64,000 nt of DNA, taken from Malacoraja senta (lineage: Eukaryota). Shown here piece by piece: positions 12,820 through 25,363 of the stretch. Numbering within the stretch: position 1 is the first letter of the stretch; each line of letters starts with the position of its first letter. The position numbers and the translations under genes are program-made. Where the stretch lies: assembly GCA_038087875.1 (NCBI GenBank), contig JAXLNO010000104.1, forward strand, positions 62,001 to 126,000, written 5' to 3'. The notes under the pieces are model-generated. The model saw nothing but the letters and a program-made list of their open reading frames with translations. It did no database searches and had not been told where the DNA came from.

Positions 12820-14459
12820 AAATCCAACCTGACTATCAACACGCATTTGGGATTGTTTCAGTTCAATACTCCCATTTGGCATATCATCAGACCCATGGAT
12901 TTTTCAAGGGTTTATGACACAAATTCGAGAGGGAATTGAAGGTGTGGTGTGTTACTTGGATGACATCCTCATCTCAGCCCCTGAGAGGCAGACACATGAT
13001 GAAAGGTTGAAAGTGATACTCAAACGCCTTGAGACAAACAGTGTAAGAGTGAAGGCACAAAAGTGTGAGTTCTTTCAGAACTCGGTAGAGGACTTGGGTC
13101 ATAAGATAGACAAGGATGGTCTATACCCCACCAAGGGTAAAGTTGATGCGATCAAGAATGCGCCCACTCCCAGAAACATATCTGAGATACAATCCTATTT
13201 AGTATAAGTGCATTATTGTGGGAAGTTCGTGCCAAGTCTGTCCACCTGTTTACATCCCATGAACAAGCTCTTGAGAAAAGATGTACCATGGAAGTGGACA
13301 CAGGAATGTGACCAAGCTTTCAAGTGATGTAAAGCTCAGTTGGCAGAGAGTACAATACTTGTTCATTACGATGTAAATAATCCAATGAAGTTAGCATGTG
13401 ATGCTTCACCATACGGTGGTGGTGCTGTGATCTCTCATGCTAGAAAATGGAGAGGAGAGGCCTCTAGCATTTGCGTCTAGAACACTCTCGCAGTGAGAGA
13501 AATTATGCGCAAATAGAGCGAGAGGATCTTGCATTAATTTTTGGAGTTAGGAAGGTTTCACAAATACTTGTATGGTAGAAGGTTTGTAATCGAGACAGAT
13601 CACCAGCCATTGACATTGATCCTAAATCCAAAAGCACACATACCAACTCTGGCAGCAGCCAGAATGCAAAGATGGGCATTGATATTGTCTGCATACCAGT
13701 ATCAGCAATGCTGACGCCATATCTAGATTACCTTTGGAATTGGAGGTTACCCCAAACAGAGAGAACGTGTTTTATTTCTTTCATGTAGATGAGTTACCTA
13801 TCACTTCAGGGGACATTCGGAAGGCTACTCGCACTGACAGACTTTTGTCAAGAGTGCAGGAATATGTTACAAATGGATGGCCAAACAAATTGCCGGATTC
13901 AGAGGCAGAACTGAAACCATTTTTTGTACGTAGGAATGAACTCTCAGTAGACCAAGGGTGTGTCATGTGGGGAGCAAGAGTGGTAATCCCTGAAAGATAC
14001 AGAGTAAAATTGCTAGGAGATCTTCATAATCAGCATTTGTGAATGTGTCTAACAAAGAGTCTAGCTAGAAGCTATCTCTGGTGGCCTGGTGCAGAGTTAG
14101 ATGGACAAGAATTGTTCATTGTGATTGATAGTCACTCCAAGTGGGCTGAGGTGTTTCCAATGAACAAAACGACAACCAGCAAAACGATAGACATTTTGCG
14201 AGGATTGTTTGCGTCCTATGGATTTCCAGAGGAAATTGTGTCTGATAACGGACGTCAATTCTGTTCACAAGAGTTTACACAATTCATGAAATGGAATGGT
14301 GTAAAACACACTAGAGTCACTCCATACCATTCCGCTTCAAATGGAGCAGCAGAACGCACAGTGCAAATTTTGAAGCGTACATTAGTCAAACAACTGCTGC
14401 ATCCAAATCCAAAGAAAAGACAGTTGTCTCTGTTTCACAAACTGGCTAACTTGAGATGA
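12820..14459 (+). mobile_element. Degraded Gypsy pol fragment (RT, RNase H, integrase); no LTRs seen
   Basis: YLDDILI, LACDASPYG, NYAQIERE, VIDSHSKWAEV, IVSDNGRQF, PYHSASNGAAER. Confidence 0.9.
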
Positions 14460-14679
14460 TGAACTAAGGAGAGGTTCTGCAGAGGAAGCATTGCTTGTAG
14501 TTGAATTGAGTCACTGAGTTGAATGTAGGTGCTTGTTTGCTAACATGGTAATAAAATGGCACATCCATTCCGCCCATCACTTTTGGCAACCTTGGAAAAA
14601 AAGATGTCATTAGTCTTTGGACGCACTAATGACATCTTATTCTTCCAAGGTTGTTAAAAGACACATGTTAGTTACTTTA

Positions 14680-14978
14680 GGCTTTAGACTTTAGAGATAC
14701 AGCGTAGAAACAGGCCCTTCGTCCTACTGAGTCTGCGCCGACCAGCAATCATCCCGTACACTAGCGCAATCCTACACACTAGGGACAAATTACAATTTTA
14801 ACCAAGCCCAATAGCCTACAAACCCTCACGTCTTGTGGATGTGGGAGGAAACCAGAATACCTGGAGGAAACCTACGCAGCCACAGGGAGAACATGCAAAC
14901 TCCACACAAACAGCACCTACAGGCAGGATTGAACCTGGGTCTCTGGCGCTGTAAGGCAGCAATTCTGCCCCCACTGTT
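14680..14978 (-). mobile_element. HE1/V-SINE-type SINE
   Basis: Reverse complement of the SINE consensus, with a (CTTTAGA)n tail. Confidence 0.85.
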
Positions 14979-15451
14979 ACTTGATAGAATCTGAAGAACC
15001 ATGTGTACACAATGTGGATGGAATTAGAGAATTCTGCTTGTAGTAGCACTGAACGATTTAGCCACTTAATGCTCCCCCCTTTCCTCCTTGACATGCGCCT
15101 TTGAATTGTTTTTAAAATATATATTATTATTGAGTCTTTTTTACCACTTTTTAAGGGAATATAACCTAGGTCATAATTTACTGAATAAAAAATAATTTCT
15201 CCTCCTCTTCCCCTGGCATTTTTGCTAGTTTCTATACCCTTGCTTCCTCCAATTCAAGAAATGGTATTTCCTGTTCTGCTCCATCAAACCGCTTGTCGAG
15301 AAATCCACAGACTGCAGAAAGCAGCTGCTTCAAAGTCCTTGGAGAAGATTTCTTGAAAGCCGTGTGTTCTTCCCAGCCGTTGGTATGTGTGACATTTCAT
15401 TGAGGAGGTGGGGTTACTGTGTTATCGTTTATGCTGCTGTTTTCTTTCCAG

Positions 15452-15572
15452 GCATGAACCTCTTCCTGTCAGACCAGCGCCCAGGGAGCACACCATTCAA
15501 TTGGAATCAGACGAGGAATGTGAGGAGGCTTTGAAGAGAGACCCCAGTGAACAGGTGGTGGTGGAACGGAAG
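15452..15572 (+). CDS. Penultimate golgin-like exon (HEPLPVRPAPREHTIQLESDEE...VERK)
   Basis: TTTCTTTCCAG acceptor; GT at 15573; phase 0 into the last exon. Confidence 0.7.
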
Positions 15573-16610
15573 GTGTGTATTGCCAATCAATTCTTCGTTT
15601 TCTAGTTTTAATATAATTTCCTGACTTTACACTATCTTGCCCCACACCCCCCACCCCAGTGAACTGGGCAACTCTGGAAAACCTGCTTCCATGTACTTAC
15701 CAACTAATAAATAGGATGGTACATTGGTTTGGAGTGGGTGATTCAGGCAGATCACACAGAAAACCTGGCCTGGTTTCTTTGTCCAACCTCGAGGTCTTCA
15801 CGTGGTGCCCCTCCCCTCACCTAGCAACTCCTCCTCTCCTGGGAGGCATGAGGTGTTTGAATTAGTCTCCTGGCTCATGTCGCACTCACGCAAATCGGTT
15901 TTCAAATGCATATCTCTAATCTCTCTGTTTCCGTATGAAGGAGCGCAGTGAATACAAGCCAAGGTGTAAGCCAAATCTCGAAATAAATGTAATAAATTTA
16001 GTTATCTCATCTTAACCAAAAGAAGGACTGAAATGTAGAAAACACCTTTCTAGGAATACAGAGAGCAAGAGTAAACAGCTGATGAAGGTTCATCTTTCCC
16101 CACCTTCATCATGCTGTATAGTGTAAGAATGGATACGTCACCCATCACCAAGGAATCCAAGACTAGCCATGGAAGCACTCTCACTTTCGGATTGACTGCG
16201 ACAGAGGTTTGTTTATAATCTAGACCTCCTGTCCAATAGTTCATCAAGGAATCCACATTGCTTGTTTGCTCATAGAATAGTGCATTCATTTGGACCATAG
16301 TATTGAAACCGCTACCACCCATATGTACATTATAATGCAAATCTCTGTAACATGATCAATAAATACAAATCTTCACATCTGTACCTTGGTATTTTACCAA
16401 TTAGTTTAATCCTGAAAGAACTAATTAATTGAGGTTCATAAGTGATACGATAAGAATTAGGCCGTTGGCCCATCAAGTCAACTCCTTGATTCAATCATGG
16501 CTGATCTATCTCTCCTTTGTATCCCCATTCTCCTGCCTTCTCCCCATAACCTCTGACATCTGTATTAGGTTGATGTTAATTAGCTATTGACCTCTGTTTC
16601 TGTTTTGCAG

Positions 16611-16753
16611 GTGAAGAGTCCAGTGAATTTCTTCAAACGCTTCTTTACTGCTCGAAAATGAAGACTTCCCGGACCAGGTCACGCGACTTGGTCTTGGCGT
16701 ACTTTGCGACACCACATTTACTTGTTTTTATGTGCCTGGAGAGACGTTTGTAG
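16611..16753 (+). CDS. Terminal golgin-like exon with a frameshifted membrane anchor
   Basis: TGTTTTGCAG acceptor; the spliced frame stops at TGA 16659-61; the anchor YCSK...MCLERRL* (16646-16753) lies in another frame. Confidence 0.7.
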
Positions 16754-18364
16754 ACGCACTACAGATGGGAGTGACACCAATGTGTTTATCAAAGCTGTTA
16801 ATGAGTGAACACTGATCACAGGTGTATAAATGAATATTGTATTGTTAATGTATGAACACAGCCCCACAGCGATGCATGTTGGTATTGAAGCCGGTTCAGG
16901 GCGACCCACTCTTTGTGGGGCAGGTCCGAGCCGGGTGGGGCTGTGGTGTTCGGTGCAACAGTGAATTGAGGAGGTCGCGAAGTCTGTTCCCAGCTGGTTC
17001 TCCAAGCTCCTAGTGTGTTCAAACCGGAGCCACAGAGGGTCGCTGAGTGACGGGGGAAGGGGCGAGGAGATGACAGGCGTTGAGGTCCCAGTTGCTGTGA
17101 GTTCTGAGCGAGGTGGTGCAAAGGATGCTTGGCGTCTGATGGGGCCTTGCACACCAGCCTGTGGGTGAAGTACTCTCTGTGAAGCTTGGCGGGTACGATA
17201 CCTGCGAGCAACGGCAGATGATCAGTCGGAGTAGGACGTGGGCAGCCGGTGATGATCCGCATGGTGTTGCTGAGGATGGCGTCTAGCTTGCTAGTATGAG
17301 GGCTGCTGCAACATGCTGGGGTGGTGTACTCAGTAGCGCTGTACACGAGTGCAAGAGCACTGGTTCTGAGTGTAGATGTCCTGGCGCCCCATGATGATCC
17401 AGCCAAGTAATGCAGGAGGTTGTTCTGCGCCGAGACTTTAGCTTCAAGTAATTGCTTGTAGGTCAGCTGCTGATCTAGTTTCACCCCAAGGTATGAAGGA
17501 AATGGATTATAGAGTAGTGGTGACACATTGAGGGTGACGGTTAGCTGGCGTTGAGCTTCCTTGTTGTTCAGGTGAAAGGCCGTTGTGGTGTTTTTTGCCA
17601 CACTACGTTTTAGTCTCCAGGTCTTAATGCAGCCCGCGGAAAGTTCCATATCCACTGACAGCACATCCTCCACGTTTGACCAACACCCGTCTGAATACAT
17701 TAGGGCCAGGTCATCTCCGTATACATACTGGCGCGAGTTCGTTCGTGGCAGATCGCTGATAAAGAGATTGAAGAGCATGGGAGCCAGTACCGAGCCTTGA
17801 GGGACTCCGTTTCTTAGGCGTTGCAGTCGGCTAGATTGTCCGTCGCTGATCTTGAGTACAAAACTGCAGTTGGCCAGGATTTTAGCAAGGAACCGCACTA
17901 AATGGCGGTCAGGAATGGTGTGGAGGAGCTTCAAGATCAGGCCCTGGTGCCACACTGTATCGTAGGAGGCGGTGAGGTCCACCAGTGTGAGGCCCGACTT
18001 GCCAACCTTTTCTAAACAGTCTTCGATGTCATTGGTCAGCTTGACTATTTGGTGGGTAGTGCAGCGTCCCGTTCAAAAGCTTGTACGGGACACAGAGGAG
18101 TGAGATGGGCCGATAGTTCCTTGGGTCGTTCACACGCTTGTTTGGTTTTGGTAACGCAATGACGGTGGCTTTCCACCAGATCTTTGGAATGAACTGACCA
18201 ATGAGACAAGAGGAGTAGAACTCACGGAGCCAGACCTGGCATTTAGGACCGCAGTGTTTCAGGAATTCTGGGGATGTTATCAGGACCCTGGGCTTTTCCG
18301 CATTTCAATTGAGTGATGACAGGAGAGAGTTCTGCAGAGGAAAAGGGTGCTGACAGGAGCCCAT

Positions 18365-19357
18365 TAGAGAGAGATTAGAGAGATTCCTTTATTTGTCATT
18401 CAGACCTTTCGGTCTGAACGAAATTTCGTTGCCTGCAGTCATACATATAATAATAAATGACAAAACACACAATAAACACAAATTAACATCCACCACAGTG
18501 AGTTCACCAGGCACCTCCTCACTGTGATGGAGGCAAAAGTCTTAAAGTCTCTGTCTCTTCCCGCTTTCTTCTCCCTCTGCGCTGAGGCGATCCAGGCTTC
18601 TGATGCTGTGGCCCCGCCGGGCGACGGTAAGCCAGTCCAGCAGCCGAATCCGTGCTCCGCGACGGGCCGGCTCAAACTCCGCGGCCCGGGGTGGTCGAAG
18701 CTGCCGAAGCTGCCGAAGCTGCCGCCCTCCAGTCCCGCGGACGCAGCTGTATTTGCGGGAGCTCCAGAAAAACAGGTCACCAACCTGTGACCTGCGCGCT
18801 CCCGACGATGTCGTCCACTGGGCCCGCGGCCGAGCCTCCGGATACGGATTCAGGACGCCACCGCCGGAACGCCACCGCAGCTCCGAAGCCGGCCAGCCTC
18901 GCGATCCCGAAGATGTCGTCCACTGGGCCAGCTGCGGCCGAGCCTCCGGATTCAGGTCGCCACCAGTGTCCTCGGTCGCCACCGCCGGAACGCCACCGCC
19001 ACCGCCGGAACGCCACCGCAGCCCCGAAGTTGGCCAGCCTCGCGCTGGTAAGTCCTGGCTCTGCCTCCGGAGCCTCGAGGTCGGTCGCTCGCTCGCAGTT
19101 GGAGTTGGAGGCCGGCAGCTCCGCCATTTTGGCCTCAGCGCAGACGGAGGCAGAGAAGGGGGATACGACAAGAAAAAGTCGCATTCCCCCGAAGGAAGAG
19201 ACAAAAGTCATGTTTCACCCCCCCCACCCCCCCCACCCCACACATACACAACCCAATAAACTAAAATTTAACTGAAAGAGGACAAAAGAAAGCAACAAAA
19301 AAAGTAAAAACAGACGGACTGCAGGCGAGCCGCTGCTGTACGACAGCGCCGCCACTT
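18365..19357 (-). mobile_element. About 1 kb GC-rich non-autonomous retroposon with a Rex1-type 3' tail, inserted in Vingi
   Basis: CCAT duplicated at 18361-64 and 19358-61; the empty site is visible in the second Vingi copy; tail AATTTCGTT-hairpin-ATGACAAATAAAG followed by a microsatellite. Confidence 0.75.
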
Positions 19358-20680
19358 CCATCAGCACCTGGAGCTTTACAAAGATTAGTGGTTTACTGTT
19401 TGACAGAACAAGTATGATTCTTTTCCGCGTCTTTGAAGTGGCCGTTGGCCAGGAGCTGGTGGGCGATGGAGTTGACCGTGACTTTGGCCTGGTACTTTGA
19501 CCGGTGAGGCGGTTGAAGGTCTTCCAAGCCACCCTACTGGAGTGTGTGAAGTCGATTCCTTGGACTGTCTCTTCCCACCGCTCTCTGCGCTTCTTGGTCG
19601 AGGCAGGTAGTCAGTTCCGTAGCCTTGGAGGCAGCCTCTTCGCCAGGTTCAGCGTCCAGGAATGCGTCATAGCATGCGTCACACTCTTCGTCCCATGTGG
19701 GGATGTACCGGCAATGATAGCCGCGAGGAATGGAACTCTTCGCTGCCCTGATGAGGAGTTTGCAAAAGGCTGAGTAGGCTTTGTCCTGATTGGTGGAGGT
19801 GAAGATGGGAAGGCTGTCGATCCAGAAGTCCACCAGACTTGTGAACTGGTCCCACCTGGCCTTGCGGAATTTCCACCTCTTCGCAGGGTTGGTTGGGACT
19901 GGCTCGATGGGATTGTCCGGGATAATCAGATATGGGCGATGTTGCGATTTCGGGAAGTGATCCAGGATGATACGGTGTGAGGTTCGTCCATTCAGGTTTG
20001 CAAAAGCCAAGTCAGGGTTGATAGTGGTGTTCCACCTGCCAGAGTGGAAGCTGTCCAGTTGTTTAGGGTCGTACAGGAGTTGAACGGCAGTAGCTGAGGC
20101 CCAGTCTTCTAGTGCAGCTCCATCTGAGTTAGTTGAACAGTAGCCCCAGGTGGTGCTGTGGCAGTTAAAGTCTCCGGCGTAGATGCAGGGTGAACCAAAG
20201 TTGGGGATGGAGTCTTTGTGGAGCCTGGTAGAAGGTGGCTTGTATACATTGATGATCGTGACACCTTCGACTTGCGTTGCTGCCCATTCCACGTCAGAGT
20301 CAAGAGGGGACACTGCAATCGCTTTCCATTTTTCTTTGTTCCTTACAAAAGTGGCAATCCCTTGGGTGTCGCTCTCGGTGTAGGCGGCCAGGGTACAACC
20401 AGGGATCTTCAGATGGGAGCGATCACTTTTGTGCGTCTCTTGGAGCAGGATTGCAATGACTTTGTGGGTCTGTAGCAGATGTTCAATGATGGTGGTCTTG
20501 TCCTTGGTGAGGTCTTCCGCATTCAGCTGCAGCAGGGTGATGCCATCCGGTTCGACATCTGTAGATGCCCGCCCTAAAAAGGGCGCATGCTCCTAGTTGG
20601 CGCCGAGCTGGGGCGACTGAGGTTGCATTAGGGCTGCAAGCTGTTGTTGTTCGTTGTTATTTCTGCTGCTGTCTCTGTTT

Positions 20681-20747
20681 GTTGTCGTTTGCCTGACTGA
20701 GGTCAGTTGACAGGGCTCACCACGGGGAGGTCGACAACATGAGTCCT
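20681..20747 (-). ncRNA. HDV-like self-cleaving ribozyme fold at the Vingi 5' end
   Basis: Reverse complement: AGGACTC-AT-GTTGTCG-ACC-TCCCCGT-GGT-GAGCCCT-G-TCAA-CTGAC-CTCA-GTCAG-GCAAA-CGACAAC, i.e. P1, P2, P3, L3, P4, J4/2 in HDV order. Confidence 0.75.
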
Positions 20748-20784
20748 ATGTGTTATATAAAACGGTTACATACGTTTATACACT

Positions 20785-22147
20785 ATGAAATCCGGCTTGT
20801 TCAGCGGGTAGTTGGGGGTCGACGATTGAATCGAGCCAGGCCAGGAGAAGCTGTTCGAGGAACTTGTACAGGACACAGAGGAGTGAGATGGGCCGATAGT
20901 TCCTTGGGTCGTCCACAGGCTTGTTTGATTTTGGTAGCGCAATGACGGTGGCTTTCCACCAGATCTTCGGAATGGACTGACCAATGAAGCAAGAGGAGTA
21001 AAACTCACGGAGCCAGACCTGGCATTTAGGACCGCAGTGTTTCAGGAATTCTGGGCTTTTCCGCATTTCAATTGAGTGATGACAGGAGAGAGTTTTGCAG
21101 AGGAAAAGGGTGCTGACAGGAGCCCATCAGCGCCTGGAGCTTGCCAAAGATTAGTGGTTTACTGTTTGACAGAACGAGTATGAATCTTCTCTGCATCTTT
21201 GAAGTGGCCGTTGGCCAGGAGCTGGTGGGCGATGGAGTTGGCCTTGACAAGGCAATGCTTTGGGCGGGTACTTCGACCAGTGAGGCGATTGAAGGTCTTC
21301 CAAGCCAATCTACTGGAGTGTGTGGTCGATTCCTTGGACTGTCTCTTCCCACCGCTCTCTGCCCGTCTTGGTCGAGTCAGGTTGTCAGTTCCGTAGCCTT
21401 GGAGGCAGCCTTTTCGCCAGGTTCAGCGTCCAGGAATGCGTCGTAGCATGCGTCACACTCTTCGTCCCATGTGGGGATGTACCGGCAATGATAGCCACGA
21501 GGAATGGAACTCTTCGCTGCCCTGATGAGGAATTTGCAGAGGGCGGAGTAGGCTTTGTCCTGATTGGTTGGGACCAGCTCGATGGAGTTGTCCGGGATAA
21601 TCAGAGATGGGCGATGTTGTGATTTCGGGAAGTGATCCAGGATGATACGGTGTGAGGTTGGTCCATTCAGGTTTGCAAAAGCCAAGTCAGGGTTGGTAGT
21701 GGTGTTCCACCTGCCAGTGGAAGCTGTCCGGTTGTTTTGGGTCGTACAGGAGTTGAACGGCAGTAGCTGAGACCCAGTTAGATGAGTCATCTGAGTTAGT
21801 TGAACGGTAGCCCCAGGTGGTGCTATGGCAGTTAAAGTCTCCGGCGTAGATGCAGGGCGAACCAAAGGCGGGGACGGAGTCTTTGTGGAGCCTGGTAGAA
21901 TGTGGCTTTTGTCAGTCTCTTGGAGCAGGATTGCAATGATTTTGTGGGTTTGTAGCAGATGTTCAATGATGGTGGTCTTGGCCTTGGTGAGGTTTTCCGC
22001 ATTCAGCTGCAGCAGGGTGATGCCATCCGGTTCGACATCTGTAGATGCCCGCACTAAAAAGGGCGCATGCTCCTGGTTGGTGCCGAGCTGCGGCGACTGA
22101 GCTCAGTTAACAGGGTTCACCATGGGGAGGTCGACAACATGAGCCCT
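20785..22147 (-). mobile_element. Second, internally deleted Vingi 5' copy
   Basis: Highly similar to copy 1 with different deletions; same 5' end and upstream flank. Confidence 0.8.
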
Positions 22148-22661
22148 ATGTATTATATAAAACAGTTATGTAAAAGTTCTAAATGCAAAATTAGGTATAT
22201 TTTTGAGGTGTTAAGCAATGTTATTTAACTCTGCTCCTTGGGAGTTAGGATGTCAGACAGTGATTATATTGAGAGATTATATTTTTGTTCGGAAATGCAT
22301 TTGTACATTTAAAGTAGAGCTGCAAATTTGAGGGAAACACTGAATACATTATAATATAATTTATCTATTACTCTCATCTTAGTTATGTTGCCATTAGGGT
22401 ACAATTTAGAACTGCACTTTTGGAAATTATTTTATTTGACAAAGTTTTTATTAAAATTTACAATTTGTTTTGACTGTTTTATCACCTGTATTTATATTTG
22501 AGTGAAAATCGTGACCAAGAGATGGCCTGAAATTGTGTTACTTGTTTACTGCCATAATGTCACTGCCAATATATCTCTACCATAGTGGCTACCAAGGGTA
22601 TTTAGCTGCACCTTGACCCGCAGCACCTCTATGGGAGCACAAGTATGCTGGCCACCAGCAT

Positions 22662-22980
22662 TAATGATGTTGCACCCCAGCCACTCCGCCCCTCTCCCAT
22701 CAGGCAAGAGGTATTGAAGTTTGTAAACACACACCTCCAGATTGAGAGACAGTTTCTTCCCAGCTGTTATCAAGCAACTAAACCATCCTACCAACAATTA
22801 GAGAGCAGCCCTGAGATACCATCTACCTCATTGCAGATTCTTGGACTATCTTTAATCACATTATTCCCTTTAACATCTGTACACTGTGGATGGCTCGATT
22901 GTAATCATGCATTGCCTTTCCGCTGACGAGTTTGCACGCAACAAAAGCTTTACACATGACAATAAACTAAACTAACTAAC
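22662..22980 (+). mobile_element. Rex1/Babar 3' fragment
   Basis: PLPSGKRY...RLRDSFFPAVI; ATGACAATAAA followed by (CTAAA)n. Confidence 0.7.
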
Positions 22981-23465
22981 TGGTATTCAGTTGGAACTTG
23001 ACTCTCCACAATGGATGTAATCTTGGTACAGATAAGTTTCAAGCAAGTTGTGGGCGTTGCACTTTATTTCAGTCTTTTAATTATTGTACCACTAAGTTAT
23101 TAAATATATGGTTTTGCTGGCAAAACATTGATTACATAGAACAAAGAACACTACAGCACAGGACCTGGCTCTTCAGCCCATCGTCTGTGCCGAACATGAT
23201 GCCAAGACATATCCTTATCTACCTGCACATAATTCATTATTCTGGTAACCGCCTCTGCACCCTTTCCAAAGCCTCCAAATCCTTCTTGGAATGGGACAAC
23301 CAGAACTGCAGGCAACACTGTAAATGAGAAATGAGTCTGAAGAATGGTCTCAACCCAAAATGTCATGTATTGCTTTTCCCCAGAGATGGCAATAGACAAT
23401 AGGTGCAGGAGTAGGCCATTCGGCCCTTCGAGCCGGCACTGGCATTCAATGTGATCATGGCTGAT

Positions 23466-23630
23466 TGATTGATTTTATTGTCATTTGAACCTCAAAGAGG
23501 CTCAAACGAAATACCGTTTCCACAGCCATACAAACAAAACAATTCCTACACGACACACAAACAATTCAATTTACAGAAAACATCCATCACAGTGAATCTC
23601 CTCACTGTGATGGAAGGCAAAGTCTTTTCT
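23466..23630 (-). mobile_element. 3' fragment of the Rex1-tailed non-autonomous family
   Basis: CTGAT duplicated at 23461-65 and 23631-35; same two hairpins as 18365-18545. Confidence 0.7.
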
Positions 23631-25363
23631 CTGATCCCCAATCCAAAAATCAGTACCCCGTTCCTACCTTCTCCCCATATCCCCTGACTCTGCTATCTTT
23701 AAGAGCCGTGTCTAGCCCTCTCTTGAAAGTATCCAGAGAACCGGCCTCCACCGCCCACTGAGGCAGAGAATTCCACAGACTCACAACTCTCTGTGAGAAA
23801 AAGTGTTTCCTCATCTCCATTCTAAATGGCTTACCGCTTATTCTTAAACTGTGGCCCCTGGTTCTGGATTCCACCAACATTGGGAACATGTTTCCTGCCT
23901 CTAGCATGTCCATACCCTTAACAATCTTATATGTTTCAATAAGATTCCCTCTCATCCTTCTAAACTCATCCTAAACTCCAGAGTGTACAAACCCAGCCGC
24001 TCCATTCTCTCAGCATATGACAGTCCCACCATCCCGGGAATTAACTTTGTAAACCTACGTTGCACTCCCTCAATAGCAAGAATGTCCTTCCTCAAATTAG
24101 GGGACCAAAACTGCACACAATACTCCAGGTGTAGTCTCACTAGGGCCCTGTACAAATGCAGAAAGACCTCTTTGCTCCGAAATTCAACTCCTCTTGTTAT
24201 AAAGGCCAACATGCCATTCACATTCTTCACTGCCTACTGTACCTGCATGCTTACTTTCATAGACTGATGAACAAGGACCCCCAGATCCCGTTGTACTTCC
24301 CCTTTTCCCAACTTGACACCATTTAGATAGTAATCTGCCTTCCTGTTTTTTATACCAAAGTGGATAACCTCACATTTATCCACATTAAACTTCATCTGCC
24401 ATGCATCTGCCCACTCCCCCAACCTGTCCAAGTCACCCTACATTCTCATAGCATCCTCCTCACAGTTCACACTGCTACCCAGCTTTGTGTCATCTGCAAA
24501 TTTGCTAATGTTACTTTGAATCCCTTCATCCAAATCATTGATGTATATTGTAAATAGCTGCAGTCCCAGCACCGAGCCTTGCGGTACCCCACTAGTCACT
24601 GCCTGCCATTCTGAAAGGGACCTGTTAATCCCTACTTTTTGTTACCTGTCTGCCAACCAATTTTCTATCCATCAGCACTCTACCCCTAATACCATGTGCC
24701 CTAATTTTGCCCACTAATCTCCTTTGTGGGACCTTATCAAATGCTTTCTGAAAGTCCAGGTACACTACATCCACTGACTCTCCCTTGTCCATTTTCCTAG
24801 TTACATCCTCATAAAATTCCAGAAGATTAGTCGAGCATGATTTCCCCTTCGTAAATCCATGCTGACTCGGACCGATCCTGTTACTGCTATCCAAATGTGC
24901 GGCTATTTCATCTTTGATGGCTCCAGCATCTTCCCCACCACCGATGTCAGGCTAACTGGTCTATAATTCCCTAATTTCTCTCTCCCGTCTTTCTTAAAAA
25001 GTGGGATAACATTAGCTACCCTCCCATCCACATGAACTGATCCTGAGTCTATAGAACATTGGAAAATTACCACCAATGCATCCACAATTTCGACAGCCAC
25101 TTCCTTAAGTACCCTGGGATGCAGACCATCAGGCCCTGGGTATTTATCAGCCTTCAGACCCATCAGTCTACCCAACACCATTTCCTGCCTTCAGTTCCTC
25201 TGTCACTCCAGACCCTCTGGCCACTACTATATCAGGAAGATTGTTTGTGTCCTCCTTAGTGAAGACGGACCCAAAGTACCCGTTGAACTCATCTGCCATT
25301 TCCTTGTTCCCCATAATAAATTCACCTTTTTCGGTCTTCAAGGGTCCAACTTTGGTCTTAACT

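Larger units (their letters stand above)
106..16753 (+). pseudogene. GOLGB1: Giantin/GOLGB1-like tail-anchored golgin (probably a paralog); spliced but disrupted; 5' exons lie off-window
   Basis: Six phase-compatible AG/GT coiled-coil exons, then a large exon with stops and frameshifts, then two terminal exons. The last encodes ...SRTRSRDLVLAYFATPHLLVFMCLERRL*, resembling the giantin C-terminal anchor (SRTRVPLLAAIYFLMIHVLLILCFTGHL, recalled). Orthology is not established. Confidence 0.7.
16855..20747 (-). mobile_element. Vingi (Ingi-related) non-LTR retrotransposon; 5'-complete, 3' end lost
   Basis: Single ORF layout: GITLLQLNAE, NVYKPP, YAGDFNCH, FHSGRWN, DHFPKSQHRP (APE); [29 protein letters not shown] (RT); no RNase H. 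Confidence 0.8.

Noticed and set aside
18439..19275. GC-rich ORFs of about 100-220 aa on both strands
   Set aside because: Low-complexity frames inside a TSD-bounded non-coding retroposon; no domain motifs.
20520..20630. 2A-like peptide at the Vingi N-terminus (TDVEPDG)
   Set aside because: Lacks the required NPGP motif.
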